The notes under the pieces are model-generated. The model saw nothing but the letters and a program-made list of their open reading frames with translations. It searched no databases and had not been told where the DNA came from. From positions 40,984,001-41,048,000 of the forward strand of contig CM052817.1 in NCBI GenBank assembly GCA_028534125.1: DNA of 64,000 nucleotides. The letters run 5' to 3'. Each line of letters starts with the position of its first letter. Position 1 is the first letter of the stretch. Shown here piece by piece: positions 37,131-50,201 of the stretch. The position numbers and the translations under genes were made by a program. The stretch comes from Lama glama (taxonomy: Eukaryota).

Positions 37131-37835
37131 AATGATGATTAATTATGAGAGATGTTCCCCCTAGGAAAGGGCGTTTGCTAGCTTATTTATTTTCATGCAC
37201 ACTTATTTAAATAAAGGCAGTAGACAGTCTGGTTCTTTTCCGTTTCTAATGTCAAATAAATCCCTAGGAGCTGGAGAAAAAGCAACACAGATGTGATTGC
37301 TGCTCTAAATAATGAATTTTCCCTCAATGCCACCAAATTGCAAATGAATCATGATACACTCATGATTATTTCTTTAATGAAAATGTGACATTAAGACATT
37401 CCTAGCAACATAGTGAAATTCTGTTTGCTGATACAGCTGGCCTCTCATTAACCTTTTCACACATGCCATCGGATTCATTTTCTGTTCATCAAAGCTCTAT
37501 ATTCAAATCCCTCATAAATATGATATAAATATAAATGAACTTGGAGAGTTTTCTTTTCAGCTTGTGAGACAAGAGAGTTGGAGGCTCTACCTCCCAGTTC
37601 CACAAGCACCAAAGCCACTAAAAGTAAGATTGACGGCTGGAACAAATTGAAAGCTTGGATGACAGTTGTCTTGGAAAGTTTTAGGTCCCTATAATACATT
37701 CTCTTAGTGCACTGCGGTTACCTAACTGGCTCAGGGTCAGTCTTCACAGTTTACATTATTTTCTCTTTGCTTGTCTTGAGAATGAAGTTGATAGAGACAG
37801 AGAAGAGATAAGACAACTTAGAAAATGCTCATCTA

Positions 37836-38197
37836 ATACTTCTCAGCCATAAAAAAGGAATAAAATAATGCCATTGCAGCAACATGGACGGACCTGGAGA
37901 CTGTCTTGCTAAGTGAAGTAAGTCAGCAAGAGAAAGAAAAATACCATATGCTCTCACTTATATGCAGAATCTAAAAAAAAAATGACACAAGTGAACTTGT
38001 TTACAAAACAGAAACAGACTCACAATCGTAGAAAACAAAATTGTGGTTACTGAGGGGGGAAGGGGGCAGGGAGGGATAAATTGGGAGTTTGGGATTTGCA
38101 GATGCTAACTACTATATATAAAATAGATGAACAAGGTCCTACTGTATAGCACAGGGAACTATATTCAATTCCTTGTAATGGCCTAAAATGAAAAAGA

Positions 38198-38242
<45 letters not shown>

Positions 38243-38346
38243 ACTGAATCACTATGCTGTATACCAGAAATTAACACAATAGTGTAAGTCGACTATACTT
38301 CAGTTAAAAAAAAAAACAACCAAAGAAATTGAACTTCAAAAAAAAA
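37836..38346 (+). mobile_element. Camelid/cetartiodactyl-type L1 3' end containing (TG)n at ~38199-38239
   Basis: gcagcaacatggacggacctggaga...aacaaggtcctactgtatagcacagggaactatattcaat...gactatacttcagttaaaaaaa; degenerate TSD aaaatgctcatcta / aggatacttatcta. Confidence 0.92.
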
Positions 38347-40494
38347 GGATACTTATCTAGGTTAAGAAAAGTCTGTGAGGCTGATCTCTTTGGCTTTGAA
38401 GACTTGATTCTCTCACTTTTAAGTGATTTGTTAAGCATATCAAGTCCCAGGCTGTGCCCTGTAAATTGTCCATCAAGAGAATTCCAAATAACTTAGGGTG
38501 CAGTTTTCTTCTTCAAAGCTGTGTCTCAAACTGGTGCATAGAAAAAGCCAGAGAAAATTTACCTGAGCAGGGCTTGTATCTGCTGGCAAGGCATCGGGAT
38601 AGCCAGGCTGCTATGAAACATGCATTTCTCAGGGCCAGAAAATCACCTGCCCTTGTTTTCCTCTGCTTGGTTTGGTTTCACGTTATACACTGTCAGTGAT
38701 GCTGCTGTCAGAAAGTGAGTTGTGCTGGTTTGGATCAAAGGGCTTAGTCGGACAGTGTGGGCAGAGGGAATGCTGGAAAGCCACTGAAATGTAATTGGGC
38801 TGAGCCAGAAATGAGCGGTGCACAGTAAGCAACATTGTTGGGCTGCCAAGGGCACAGGTTCGCCCCGCACAGACTCTGCACCCTGGGTGGAACTTTCCTT
38901 CCTCCACTCCCCCAGGTGTCTGGAGGTCTTGAGTATTTTCACATGGGCTCATATCCCTTATGCCTGTACCAATATTTCCTGAAGTTGGCCTGTTATGCTC
39001 ACCCTACCCCAGTCCGGTGTTCATTGTCAAAGCTTATGGGTCTACATTTACCCAACAACACAGATTTTCTAACCTCGAGTACCTGATCTTTTTCTGGTCC
39101 AATCCCTGTCAAAACCTTGCTTGCAAGAAACCGTAATTGCTAAGGAGAGTTTGCAGATGTTCCAGTCCACCCACTGCTTCAGATAGAAGAAGCTTTTCTC
39201 TTGGATGAAGAAGGCCATCAGAGGACTGTCTGCCTCCATCCTAATTATCAGTTCCTTGTTGAAACACTCTAACAGAATTGCACTGCAGAATTTGCACTGC
39301 TCTTGGCTTGCAGTGCAGGCTGTCGTCAGCAACAGCAGATGATTTTACTGTGAGATATGTTTGAGGACCTTCCCTGCCACACCCAGCAAGGTCCCCTGTG
39401 TGAGATCCCACAGGTGACATCGCTCTTGAGTCTCTCAACCAAGAAAAACCATGTTACTCCTGGGTAGCTGGTTTGTTTTCCTCTTAAAGACATGATTCAT
39501 CTCATAATATGTTTTCCCCTCTTTGCTTCAGCTGTTAGAAAGTTAGAGCTAAATTTGGAACATAGCTCTGAAAGGGTATCATGCCAATTTTACCCTGAGC
39601 TTTAGTGTCTTCTCTTCCATTTTAACTTCTATACCGTCTCCTTCAAGAATTTCATATCCTTTTGTGATTGGCATAATAACAAAATTGGCATAAAGAATAA
39701 AAATGGAATTTTCTGCAACTACATAAAATTTCTCTCTAATTTGAAGAAATGAGGCTATACTATCGCAAGGGTTTGCAAGTAAAGTAGTAAAAATATACCT
39801 CTGATACTCAAAGAAAATGGAAGTAATGAGCCCACACCAGGGAGCCCATGAGTGGACATGGCTCAGTTCAAAGCACGTGTACTTTGCCAAGGATGTCTTC
39901 CGTGCTGCTTCAGGTCATTTATTTTAAGTCAAAAAGATGTGGCTGGAATCAGCGTTCCCTGCAGTGTATTCCATAGGGCGTGTGGGACACTCAAGGAATA
40001 TATACAACTTTCTTTTAAACCCAAACTGCAGGATTTCTAAAAGTTCTTAACATACATTCATTGCGAATCTTCAGAAGGCAGACTACGTGGTACAGAGTTT
40101 CTAAATTTATTTGACCATTTATTTTTCCTGGAGCATGTCCGAGAGCTAATCTTCTTTGAGAAGTGCTGGGGTAGAATAATGCCAATACCATTATTATTGT
40201 TATTAGAGAGGATCTTCTGTTTTCTTTTAAAAAGGATAGAGCAAAGGCTTATTTACTTCTTGCTAGCATTCTGAAGTTCGTATTTTCATATTTAAAGTGA
40301 AAATGCACTGAAAACAAAGCAATAAAAGCCTTCATGAGCCATGTGTGATGTCCTGTGGATTTCTTTAGTGGAGTCTTTTATATTTAGGTCATAATTCCTT
40401 AATTTAATGTTTAAGGTTCTTAACTGTAGGAAAATGTTATGCTGAGATGGGATCCTTGGCAACGCTCTGGTTTGATGCCACCATTACACTTCAG

Positions 40495-40770
40495 GAAGGC
40501 ACAGTTGTGTAGTGTCTGGAGTCTGGAATAGGACATGGTTTCAGTTTATGGCTCTGTCACTCATTAGATATGTAACTTACTAGATCTGTGACATTGGGAA
40601 AGATGTTTAAATTCTATAGGGCCTGGTTTCCTTGTCTGTAACATGGGGATTATTATATAACTATCTCATAGAGTTTTGAAGACAAAATTAATTCGTGTGC
40701 ATATGTGTGTATAGTACTTAGCGCAGTGACCTTCATATAGTAAGTACCTAATAAACTGCAGTTGTTATCA
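40495..40770 (+). mobile_element. MIR SINE
   Basis: ctggagtctgga...ggtttccttgtctgtaacatggggatt...catatagtaagtacctaataaa. Confidence 0.8.
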
Positions 40771-40779
40771 TTTTTGCTT

Positions 40780-41930
40780 ATTTGGGTAATGTTTACTGAG
40801 CAACTGCAAGGCGATGGGTACCATGCTGTATATGTGGTTGTAAATGTGAATGAGTCACATGCTCACCCTTGAAGAACAGAGTCAAGTAGACAAATAACAG
40901 ACTGTTACATAAATGTGTCAGGTGAAGTGTTTATGGATTAATGATAAATATAGGTACAGAAACAGTGGTGTCATAGAAGAGAGGGCTGTCAGTTCTTTTG
41001 GATTGAGGCGGAAAGCTGGCTTACAGAGAATCCACAGTGAATGCTACCTTGGAGGTGAGTTTTAAAAGGTGGTTAGATGTTTGACAGGGAGAAGAAAGTG
41101 AGGCCAAGGCTGCTGGTGAGAAGGATTCCAGGCTGACTTATGAGAATGAACAAAGGCAGAGTAAATTCAAGAAGCTGCAAGTAGCTCAGAACAGCTGTGA
41201 GTGACGCGTGCAGGGGAAGGTGGGATGAGAAACAAGGAGTGATGGAATGGAAACCAGTGAAGGCTATTCTCCAAGGGAGTGGTCAGTAGTGGCAAAGCTT
41301 CTAAGCAATCATGTAAGATTAAGACTGAAAATGTCCCTAGGATTTGATAATCAGGTCACTGGTGCCCTTTGCCAGGATGGTTTCCAGGGTGAGCTGGCAG
41401 AGTAGAAATTAGATTGCAGTGTTTGAAGAAATGTTAGTGGATAAAAGTAGAGCCTGAAACTATGAGGAACTGGCTGAGGCTAGAAAGGGTGGAAAAAGAC
41501 ATGGGTCAAAGGAAGGCTTTTCAAGATAAGAGATGATTTAACATATATGGACTGTTGAGTGGGGGCCTGTTGTAATGAGGAGTCTAAAGTAAAAGAGAAA
41601 GAATGAGAACTGAGCCTGATTCCAGCTTCCAGGAAGGGGTCAGGCTTCATGAAGGAGGATTCGCCTGGAACTGGAAGAGGGCCTGGGAGGGAGTGAAGAT
41701 GCGTTTGAATGTTGACATTTTTATACAGGCGGGGAAAGAAGTTTTAGAGAGAAGAGGACTGATGCTTAATTTTCTCAGTGAAATAGGGGACACGCTAGAA
41801 GCCCCTGTTCATGAACTCGTGTGTGTGTAGAGGGTGGTTTGGACAGGCTTGGGGTGTGTTCATGAAGAGGACTAAAGGTTCTCAGTAGTCCCGCAAGAGC
41901 TGAGAGGGAGCTGACCAGAAACACTGTATT
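40780..41930 (-). mobile_element. L2 (L2b/c) 3' region
   Basis: tgtttactgagcaactgc...aagattaagactgaaaatgtccctaggatttgataatcaggtcactggtgcccttt...aattttctcagtgaaatagggg. Confidence 0.75.
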
Positions 41931-42399
41931 CTTTTCTTAGAAGAGGAAGTCCTATCAGTTTAAGGTTGGTGCCCCTTATGAGTTCTGAGTTTATTAATTT
42001 ATATGAGAACTTTGTATTGAGTATATAGGGAGTGCCACGAGGTCATTATTGATTTATGATATTATGCTTGAGAGACTATCACTGAGGGGAAAAAATATTT
42101 TTAAAGGGCTATCCTTCCATAATTCAAAGAATGTTATTTGTCTCACCATCTAGATATTTATACACTATGCAAACAACCTGAACATTTAATAACAGTCTGA
42201 CCCATGTCAGCCTCCCACATCACAGAAGGAAAAGGAAGAATCCAAGCATGTTATTACTTTGGTTGAATTTGTTACATCCCTTAGTTAAATGCATGAGCGA
42301 GCCATGCTGTCCTGCCTTGAATAAACTATTAATCAGTATAAAAGTATAAGACATACACCTTAAAACTGTGGTTTTATGTCCCAAGTGCATATTAACATT

Positions 42400-42550
42400 T
42401 ATTGAATTCTTATATAATACCATATATTATGCTACAAACTTTCCTAGCATAATCTCATTTAAACTTTCTTAATAATTCTAGGAGGCAGGAAATCTTTAAG
42501 TTGTATTTTATAAATGCAGAAACAGAGGCTTAAGCATAGGTACCTTGCTT
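42400..42550 (-). mobile_element. MIR fragment
   Basis: catttattgaattcttat...aatctcatttaa...ttttataaatgcagaaacagaggctta. Confidence 0.7.
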
Positions 42551-42727
42551 TTCTTTTAGCTTGCCACTCAGAGGAGAAGATGGAAAGTTCAGAGGGCCTG
42601 ATGTTAAATCAGAGTTCTGCCTTTTAACTGTAATTTTATAACTTTTTCAATTTTACAGTTTTACAGCGTTGAATAACCTAAGAAGGGAGTTTGAAAGTCC
42701 AGACTAGCCTGAACTAGCCCCTTGGCT

Positions 42728-42900
42728 GACGATGGACAAATACATGGCTGTCGTGCCTTCCCATTCCCCTCTGTACCCACTGCAGACATTAATAATCAAT
42801 CCTAGCACACTTTTCAGAACTGGTCTCAGAAACCCTCGTGAAGTAGTGATCCAGGCAACCACTCCTAATTGGTTTGTCATTCAGAAGCTAATATACCCAA
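42728..42900 (+). mobile_element. MER117-like hAT MITE
   Basis: ggacaaatacatggctgtcgtgcc...gcagacattaataatcaatc...ccaggcaaccactcctaattgg. Confidence 0.55.
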
Positions 42901-42931
42901 TTATTTTGTGAATCCACCTGGTGGGCAGAAC

Positions 42932-43365
42932 TGTGTGTCATTTCAGATCCTGTGAGAAGCAACTAAGTTGGGATAAGATCTACATGGGGGCTTTATTGGG
43001 GGGAAATGCCAGTGAATTTAAAGGGGAAGGGAGAAAGGGAGCCATTGTAAAAAGGGGAGTGGTCTTCAGACCACAGTGCAGGTTTGACACCTGTGAAAGG
43101 ACAGAGGGAAGGAAGGATCCAGTAGGTAGGGCTTCTGACTGTAGTGCAGTTCTAAGAAAGTCTCAGCCAGGATGATGCGTTTCCTGAGGAAAAGTGTTAC
43201 TTGGAAGAATCCCGCCCTGGGCAAGAGAGGGCTGGCTCTCATTCCTGTTCCCCTTATATGCTCAATAACTGGCTGTAGGGAAGCAAGGCCTTGGGCCTGG
43301 AAGCCACAAGTCAACTAAATCCTCAATGAGGATTTGAGTGCACACTTTCACAGCAGTCGTGACGA
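42932..43365 (-). mobile_element. LTR16-like ERVL LTR
   Basis: tttattgggggaaatgcc...cagaccacagtgcaggtttgacacctgtgaaaggacagagggaagg...gcagttctaagaaagtctcagcc. Confidence 0.8.
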
Positions 43366-44384
43366 GTGTCCCTAGAAATATCTCAGCTGATTCTCTGTAG
43401 ATCAACTAGGAATGATTACGCTGCCAAAGCTGGCAGTTCACAAAGCCATTGAGGGGTTCTCAGCAGCTAGAAGATTAGAACTCCATTTCCCTTTCCTGGA
43501 GTTATGGCTCATCTTCTGGAGTTTCAGGAGTTGAGTGTGGAAGAAATTCCTGTGTGTTTGTGGAGCCCCCGGCTCCTCCCTTCACCATCAAACCCTGAGC
43601 AAGAAGAGGAAGTGGCAGCTGCCATTTTCCTCATTTGCTCACTGATCCCTGGTCTTATCACTTCCTTCGGTTGGATATGTTTCACCTTCACTTAGCACAA
43701 GCTGTCCTCTTTGTTACCAGGACTGTAACATAGTAACATAATGATTTACAAAGCATCACAAAACATTGGTATCTGCGGGGATATATTTAAGATCTTCAAA
43801 TACTCCCTGAAATTACAAAAAAAAGAAATGTTTAAACAGCTTATTGGCTTTCTCCCAAATTATGTTTTCACTGAAAGACACATGCATTTACCTTTTTCAC
43901 GTGATGGACTTAAAAATTTTCTTTTTCTTAGCAAAGAAACAAATTTTGCCACTCTGTGTTACTAACAATAAGTAGCAACTCAGCAGAGCTGACAGGCTGG
44001 TAGCTAAGTTTATTCACTAGTTAAGTGGATTGGTCCTGTATACCACTTTCAGAGCACGTGGGATTCAGGTGTACTTTTGGTTAAGATTCTGCATTAACAC
44101 ACACTGTAATGAAGACAACACAATTATTCCCTCCATTTATTCATTGCTCATTACCAAGGCACTGCATCTGAAATACACGAGTATCAGAGATTTATAACAG
44201 CCCTTTGAAATAGATGGTACTACCCCTTTTAGAGAGAGAGGGCTTTTTTGTTTTTTCTTTAAGGATCAGAGAAGTTAATGAAGCTCCCAAACAGTAAGAT
44301 TTAAAGTCACACATCCTTTGACATTAAAAATAGAAAAGAGTTTCTCTGTTTGTCTCTTCTCAAAGTTATCTTTGAGGCCAAGCC

Positions 44385-44490
44385 TAGTGTTGTAAGGTCT
44401 AGGTGAGCAGAGGTCGTGTCTGGTTTATCCCCAGCTCCCAGCACCAGACCTGGAACAAAAAGAGCTCCATATAGACCTAGCATGAAGGCT
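44385..44490 (+). mobile_element. L2 3' tail
   Basis: gtctggtttatccccagctcccagcaccagacctggaacaaaaagagctcc. Confidence 0.55.
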
Positions 44491-45326
44491 TGCTGGCACA
44501 TTTGGCTGCTGAGAAAACGTGATAGTCATTTAATAGAAGACCATAGGCAGGAAAAAACTATTATAAGTTCATATAAGTTAAGATGGAAAAATTCCAGAAA
44601 ATTGGGGGCCCCAAGTCTGATCAGTAGTCTGCTCTTCTTTGAGGTTGAGGGTGTTTCTTTGTGGATGTGATTTTCCTAAAGGACACAGAAAGGGGCAGTG
44701 GCTTATCCTTTGAGAAGAGAAAATGAAAAGGAACATCTGACCACTATTTTTTTAAACGTCTTAATTATAAGTCCTGGAAAAATGTGTGCAGATCAAAACA
44801 GCCAGGTGCTTGGATAATAGCCCTCTGGGGCCAGCTGGCAGGGGGCAGCTGGTCAATCAGAGTGGATGGAAAAAAACATCTTCCCAAAAATGAGGAGTTA
44901 GCCTAAGAGCAGGGACAGGAAAGCACCAGTGTGGGGGAGGCTATGGACAGACTGTAAATTATGTGGATGAAAAAAGGATTAAAGGAGCACATTTTAGAAG
45001 GTGCTGGGGTCTAAGAAAAGGTCTTTTTAATCAGTAAAGGCAGACATCCAGCCAGGGATTCAGTTGACCCTTCTGATGTTGATGGGTCAGAAGAGGAGGA
45101 GAAGCTTACTTCAGTGCCAGCTCTGATGACACTGAGCACCTCCAGCAAATGAACCCTCAAGCTCAGGAGTCTAAATTACCAGGCAAGCCTCTCCAGGTTG
45201 AATGCCGGAGACTGAAAACTACTAAAATTTGGACAAATACCATGTGATTAATGGCCTGAATGGGGAAGCGATCCAAAATATGTCTTGGATTTTGAACTTC
45301 TCGTCCAGTAAAATTATGAACTGGAC

Positions 45327-45669
45327 AGCTGGCCTTCTGTATCTGTGGTTCTGCATCTGCAAATTCAACCAACCACAGATGGGAAGTATTTTTTTTTAAT
45401 TCTAGAAAGTTCCAAAACAGCAAAATTTGAATTTGCTGCATGCCAGTAACTCTTTACATAGCATTTACATTGTATTTACAACTATTTACATAACATTTAC
45501 ATTGCATTAGGTATTATAAATAATCTAGAGAGGACTTAAAGAATACAGGAGGATGTGTGTAGGTTATATGCAAACACTACGCCATTTTATATAAGGGACT
45601 GGAGCGTCCACAGATTTTGATATCTGCAGGGACCCAGGAACCAATCCCGTTTGATACTGAGGATGACTT
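45327..45669. mobile_element. Tigger3a/MER7A-like MITE
   Basis: TIRs cagctggccttctgtatc ... gatactgaggatgactt; internal taggttatatgcaaacactacgccattttatataagggact. Confidence 0.88.
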
Positions 45670-45759
45670 TGTTGATAAAGGAGAGACTTGGTGTATTGCT
45701 TCTCTCCACCCCCTTCACTCTCCTCTGACCCCACTTATATTTCCAAGCCAACAACTTTC

Positions 45760-45900
45760 TGTAAATAACAACTAACATTGTTCGACACTGCTCTAAGTGT
45801 TTTACATAAATTAACTTGTTCATCCTCACAGTAGCTCTCTAAGGTGACACTTTTACTACCCCTTTTTACAGATGATGAAACTGAGTCACAGAGAGGGAAC
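45760..45900 (-). mobile_element. MIR SINE
   Basis: gacactgctctaagtgttttacata...tttttacagatgatgaaactgagtcacagaga. Confidence 0.85.
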
Positions 45901-47482
45901 CGATAAAAGAAAAAAAAAGAGCACCTAGGACTCAAGAGGGTGAGAAAACGTATTCCCACTGTTATTACAATAAGCAGCTGGTTACACACTAGCAGACGGG
46001 AGACATGGGCAAGAAACAAGACAAGAAGAACGACCTTTGTGAGGGTACCAAATACGAGTGCTAAAAGAAGCAAAGAAATAGGCCTAAAGTCTATAAAATT
46101 AGACCAAAATTTACTTATTAAAGGGACTTTAGAGCTAGAGGACAGTCTCTAAATCTTGAAAATAAAACCCATTTGGTCTGTTTCAAGTCAGACTAATGAG
46201 TACAAATGCTGAGAAAGCACTGAGGATGCGAGGAAGTGAAACAGGAGGGGTTGAGACCACAGACAAGGGGGCGCAGGAGGACACGCGGCGGTGCTGTTGC
46301 CTGTGGGGTGATGGCCATCTGTGGTGGTCTGTAAACCCTCAGGGCTTTGGCTCCCAGGCCCAGAAACTCTTAATGTCTTCTGGGGGCCCTCAGAGAGAAA
46401 TTAACCAGGCTCCTCCCACCCCAGGCCCAGCGGGCTGTTGTTACACATTATGTTCATGTTGGGAGCTGGATGTGAACTGGATCAGCCACCAACCACTGGA
46501 GTTCCAAGGCCATTCCTGGCCGATGTCTTTCTCGGTCCCCATTCTTGTCTGGCCCCCTCCCCGGCTTCCACTGCTGCCTCCAAAGCAGGTGCCCTCATCC
46601 TGAGTCCTATAAACTCAAATGGTCTGTGGTCAAGGACTGTCTTTGCTTCGTGATTCTCAACTCCAGTCACAACAAGAGACACTGTTGCCAAGAACTGGGC
46701 CAGTGAAAATACAAAGACATTTTTCAACCAGGCAAAAATATGCAAACAAACTGGTTTGGAGGGAGGTCCGAGGCAAATCCAGCGCCTTAGCGTCTGAGCC
46801 AGAGCCAAGGGAGACAACTCGGGTGTCAGCGTGATTGTCCGTGGCTCAGAAGTAGAAAGACAGGGAATCCATGGCTTTCAGTGTCCCTGTTGAGTCTGCA
46901 AGCTGAAAAATAAAGCATGAATACAACAAACTTCATCACACTGGAGTCCTCAACATACAAGTGTAGGTGAAAATCTCTCTTCTCTCATTCTGTAAGATGT
47001 CTGACGCTATTTATTTGGAAGCTCAACGAGCAAATGGAATGGTTATCTCCTCTAATTTCCTCTCTGCTCTGGTGTGCCTTTGGGAGCATCCAGTTCCTGG
47101 CCACTCTGCCCCTTGTCCACTGAATAAAGAGAAAATCTCCTCCCTGCCTAAATTTTTTTTTTTAAAAATCTCAAAGATTACTGTCTCTTTTGTGAGGAGT
47201 TAATCTCCAGAATCATCATGTTGAGGGAAGGAGAGGGGTGTACACGGTAAACTTCCTCAGAGGAGAGAGAGGGCAGAGGAGCAGAAACACCTCTGTCAGT
47301 TGGAAATCAGTAAAATGGGGCAGGCAGAGGGGGTGGGGTGGTGTGTGTGCGCGTCAGTGTGATTGCCGGCGTCAGCGATCCTATCAGTTTACTGGGTGAA
47401 TCTACAGGACTGGCTGATCACAGACCTCTAGTTAGGCTTGTGTCTTTGTTGGGCTCAGGGATATCTACACTGTTTTGTCCAA

Positions 47483-47646
47483 CAGCAGTTGTCAACACTG
47501 GCTGCACGTTGCCCTTATCCAGGGAGCTTTAAAACACCCAGATGCGCGGGAGAGTCAGATTCAGTTGGTCTGGGTGTGGCCTGTCCATTGGGGCTCTTAA
47601 AAGCCCTCCAGAAGATTCTAATTTGCAGACAAAGCTAAGTACCAAG
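47483..47646. mobile_element. MER5A/B-type hAT MITE
   Basis: cagcagttgtcaacactggctgcacgtt...gattcagttggtctgggtgtggcc...gattctaatttgcagacaaag. Confidence 0.75.
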
Positions 47647-48259
47647 AGTGCAGAGTTACTTCCTAGTGAGAAACTTAGGAGGACTCCTCGGGCTCCTGGG
47701 CCAGCTGGAAGGACGTGTTACAGTGACACCACTAGTCAAAAGGAGGAAAAGACACTGGAAGTAAATATCTAACTTCAGGCTTTTCTGTTTACAAAACAGC
47801 GGTACCAACAGCTCAGAGTCATTAGTGGAGGCCACAGAAAACACTTGATCTCTTTCAAGTTTCAGTCTTCTTGTCAATCCGTTGGCATCCAGAGTATGTT
47901 AGATCGATCCCTTCTCTTAAACACTAAGAGATCTCAGGAAGCCTGGAGGCCAGGGCTACAGCTTTATTAGCATTGTGTCCACTGGTTCTCCCTGGAGTCA
48001 ACAACAGAATAATCTCTGCAGACAAACCCCTCATTGCTTTCAGTACGCATCAAGATAGACACCAAGCCAAGTTGTTTAGGTCTGTCACCCCTGATCTCTG
48101 GGTGAATAAACTGTGAAACCAGAAAATTATGCCACTGAGGGTTTGGACAAAAGAATCTCAGTCAAGTTCATGTTGCCTTTCTGCATCTTGGACACCCAGG
48201 CAGCTTTTAAGATGTGACTTGGTTTTAGTTGAGGAGTTCCCGTCTGTACTACTCTATCA

Positions 48260-48500
48260 GATAACGATCACTGCTGTGTACCAGGCGTGCTGCTAAGGGC
48301 TTTACACGGATGGTCTCGTTTCATCCTCACATCCTCTGCAGGAAGTAGATGCTCTTTCCCTCCTTTTACAGGGGCAGAAATTGAGACTTATTGTGGCTTT
48401 GTGACATAGTCATTATCTAGTGGCTGGCATGTGACAGAGCAGTGGTTTAATCAAGATCTGTGATTTCAAAATCCAAGCCTTTATCCCTGAGTTACTGCCC
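48260..48500 (-). mobile_element. MIR SINE
   Basis: tgtgtaccaggcgtgctgctaagggctttacacggatggtctcgtttcatcctcac...ttttacaggggcagaaattgag. Confidence 0.8.
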
Positions 48501-49898
48501 CTAGTGTATAGATTTCTGGGATAAAACAATTCACTTTTGCTTGTTTATCAGTCTCTTGGTTTATCCCTTCCTAGAATCTGAACCCGAGTCATTGTAATGA
48601 TGGGGAATTTTTTCGTGGTTGGTTTCTTTAAACAGGACCCTTTCTCAAAGAGTTTGCCAGTGCATATGGGAACTTCAAACAATAGCTGAATTTATGACTG
48701 GGGATTGTTTCTTTATGCAATCGGATTAATCACAAGAAGGAGGCAACAGCAACGAAGGCTTAAGGAACTGCTGAACGTGCTCGTATGCGGACTCACACCA
48801 CTGGTGCTCTGTTTTGTCAACATGGAAAACCGGATTTTAAGCTTGATGTGGCTCCTTTTCTGTTTTCGCTAATGGTTGTTATAACATTTTGCTCAATCTG
48901 CCAGAGATACTTGAAAATCTTCCCAAAGCTATCGTTAGCAAGTATTGCAAGACAGGGCTGGTCAGGGTTTCTCTGCCTGCCGGTCCATGGGTGTATCTGA
49001 AGAAGATACCTGAGCTTTTCTAACCTTGACTGTGTTGCTTCAAAGTTAATAAACACAGAGGACAGGAGGACCGCCAGTGAAGGTTTTGTTAATTTACTTT
49101 CTCTCTGGGTGTATAGGAGTCCCCATGTGTATGTCTTCTACCAACTTCTGTCCTGCACACCTAGGGTGATGCCCAGCCTCCGAGAAGCCCTGTCATTTTA
49201 GTGCATGCTGAGTGCAGGGCTTGGGTTTAACTACCGTCTGCCCTTGCCCTGTTCTTCCGAGGGCCTAGATGGGATGGCTCTTCTCTGACAGGGGTGTTTC
49301 TTTGTCCGTTACAGAACATTCAGGGGGTCTTGTTTGGGGCTCTGCACTTGAGCTCTCAGTGTCAGGGGGTGAAGGCCATCCATGTAGATTTACGGAATCT
49401 CTAGTGCCTCTAAAATCTGTCACAACTTGTCAGAGTCTTCTGAGGCCAGATAGCCTAGAATAAATAAATCTCAAAGATCATTTTATTCCCTTTTAAAGGT
49501 TTTACTCCTCTGAGAACATGACTGAATTTTTTACCTCCCCCAATAAAGCAAATAAAGGCATGTCTTTTTATGCTGGGCTCTTCTAACTTCTGAGTTCAAG
49601 GACGTGGCGGACTTGAAAAGAAATCTTCTTATAGACCAACCATGGACATGCAGACAGAAGAGGAAATAATTTTTTGTTATTTGAAACTTGAGTTTTGGGG
49701 TTATTTGGATTGACGACATAGTCTGATTGACAAGAAAATCATCGTGTTAAAGCTCCACATTGAGGGGCAGTAGAAATATGACAAAGGAGATTGCTTAAGA
49801 GGAAAGGACTTGGAAATTTCTTGGTTGGTTGTTTGTAAATGTAGGAAAGGATTGAAAAGATATTAAAATATCCAGGCCAAGTCCTAGAAAGCCTCTGG

Positions 49899-50201
49899 TT
49901 TTTTTTTAAAGTTGTAGTAAAATATATAAAACATAAAATTGGCCATTTGAACCATTTTTATGTACTGTTCCATGACATTACATACATTCACGCTGTTGTG
50001 CAACCATTATCACCGTCTGTCTCCAGAGTTTTTCCATCATTCCAAACTGAAACCTTGTACCCACTAACAATAACTCCCTGCTCCCCCTTCTCCAGTCCCC
50101 GGTAACCCCATTCTACTTTCTGTCTCTACAAATTTGACTTCTCTAGATATGTCACATAAATGGAAACATACAGTATTTGTTCTTTTGTGTATGGCTTATT
50201 T
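49899..50201 (-). mobile_element. L1MB-like 3' end
   Basis: tacattcacgctgttgtgcaaccattatcacc...ccattctactttctgtctctacaaatttgact...tggaaacatacagtatttgttcttttgtg. Confidence 0.88.

Noticed and set aside
39069..39332. Protein-like minus-strand ORF (MEADSPLMAFFIQEK...)
   Set aside because: No recognisable family and weak splice signals; length is compatible with chance
45455..45510. Short repeated units (atttacattg/atttaca) superficially array-like
   Set aside because: Internal feature of the Tigger3a/MER7A element, not a CRISPR or functional array
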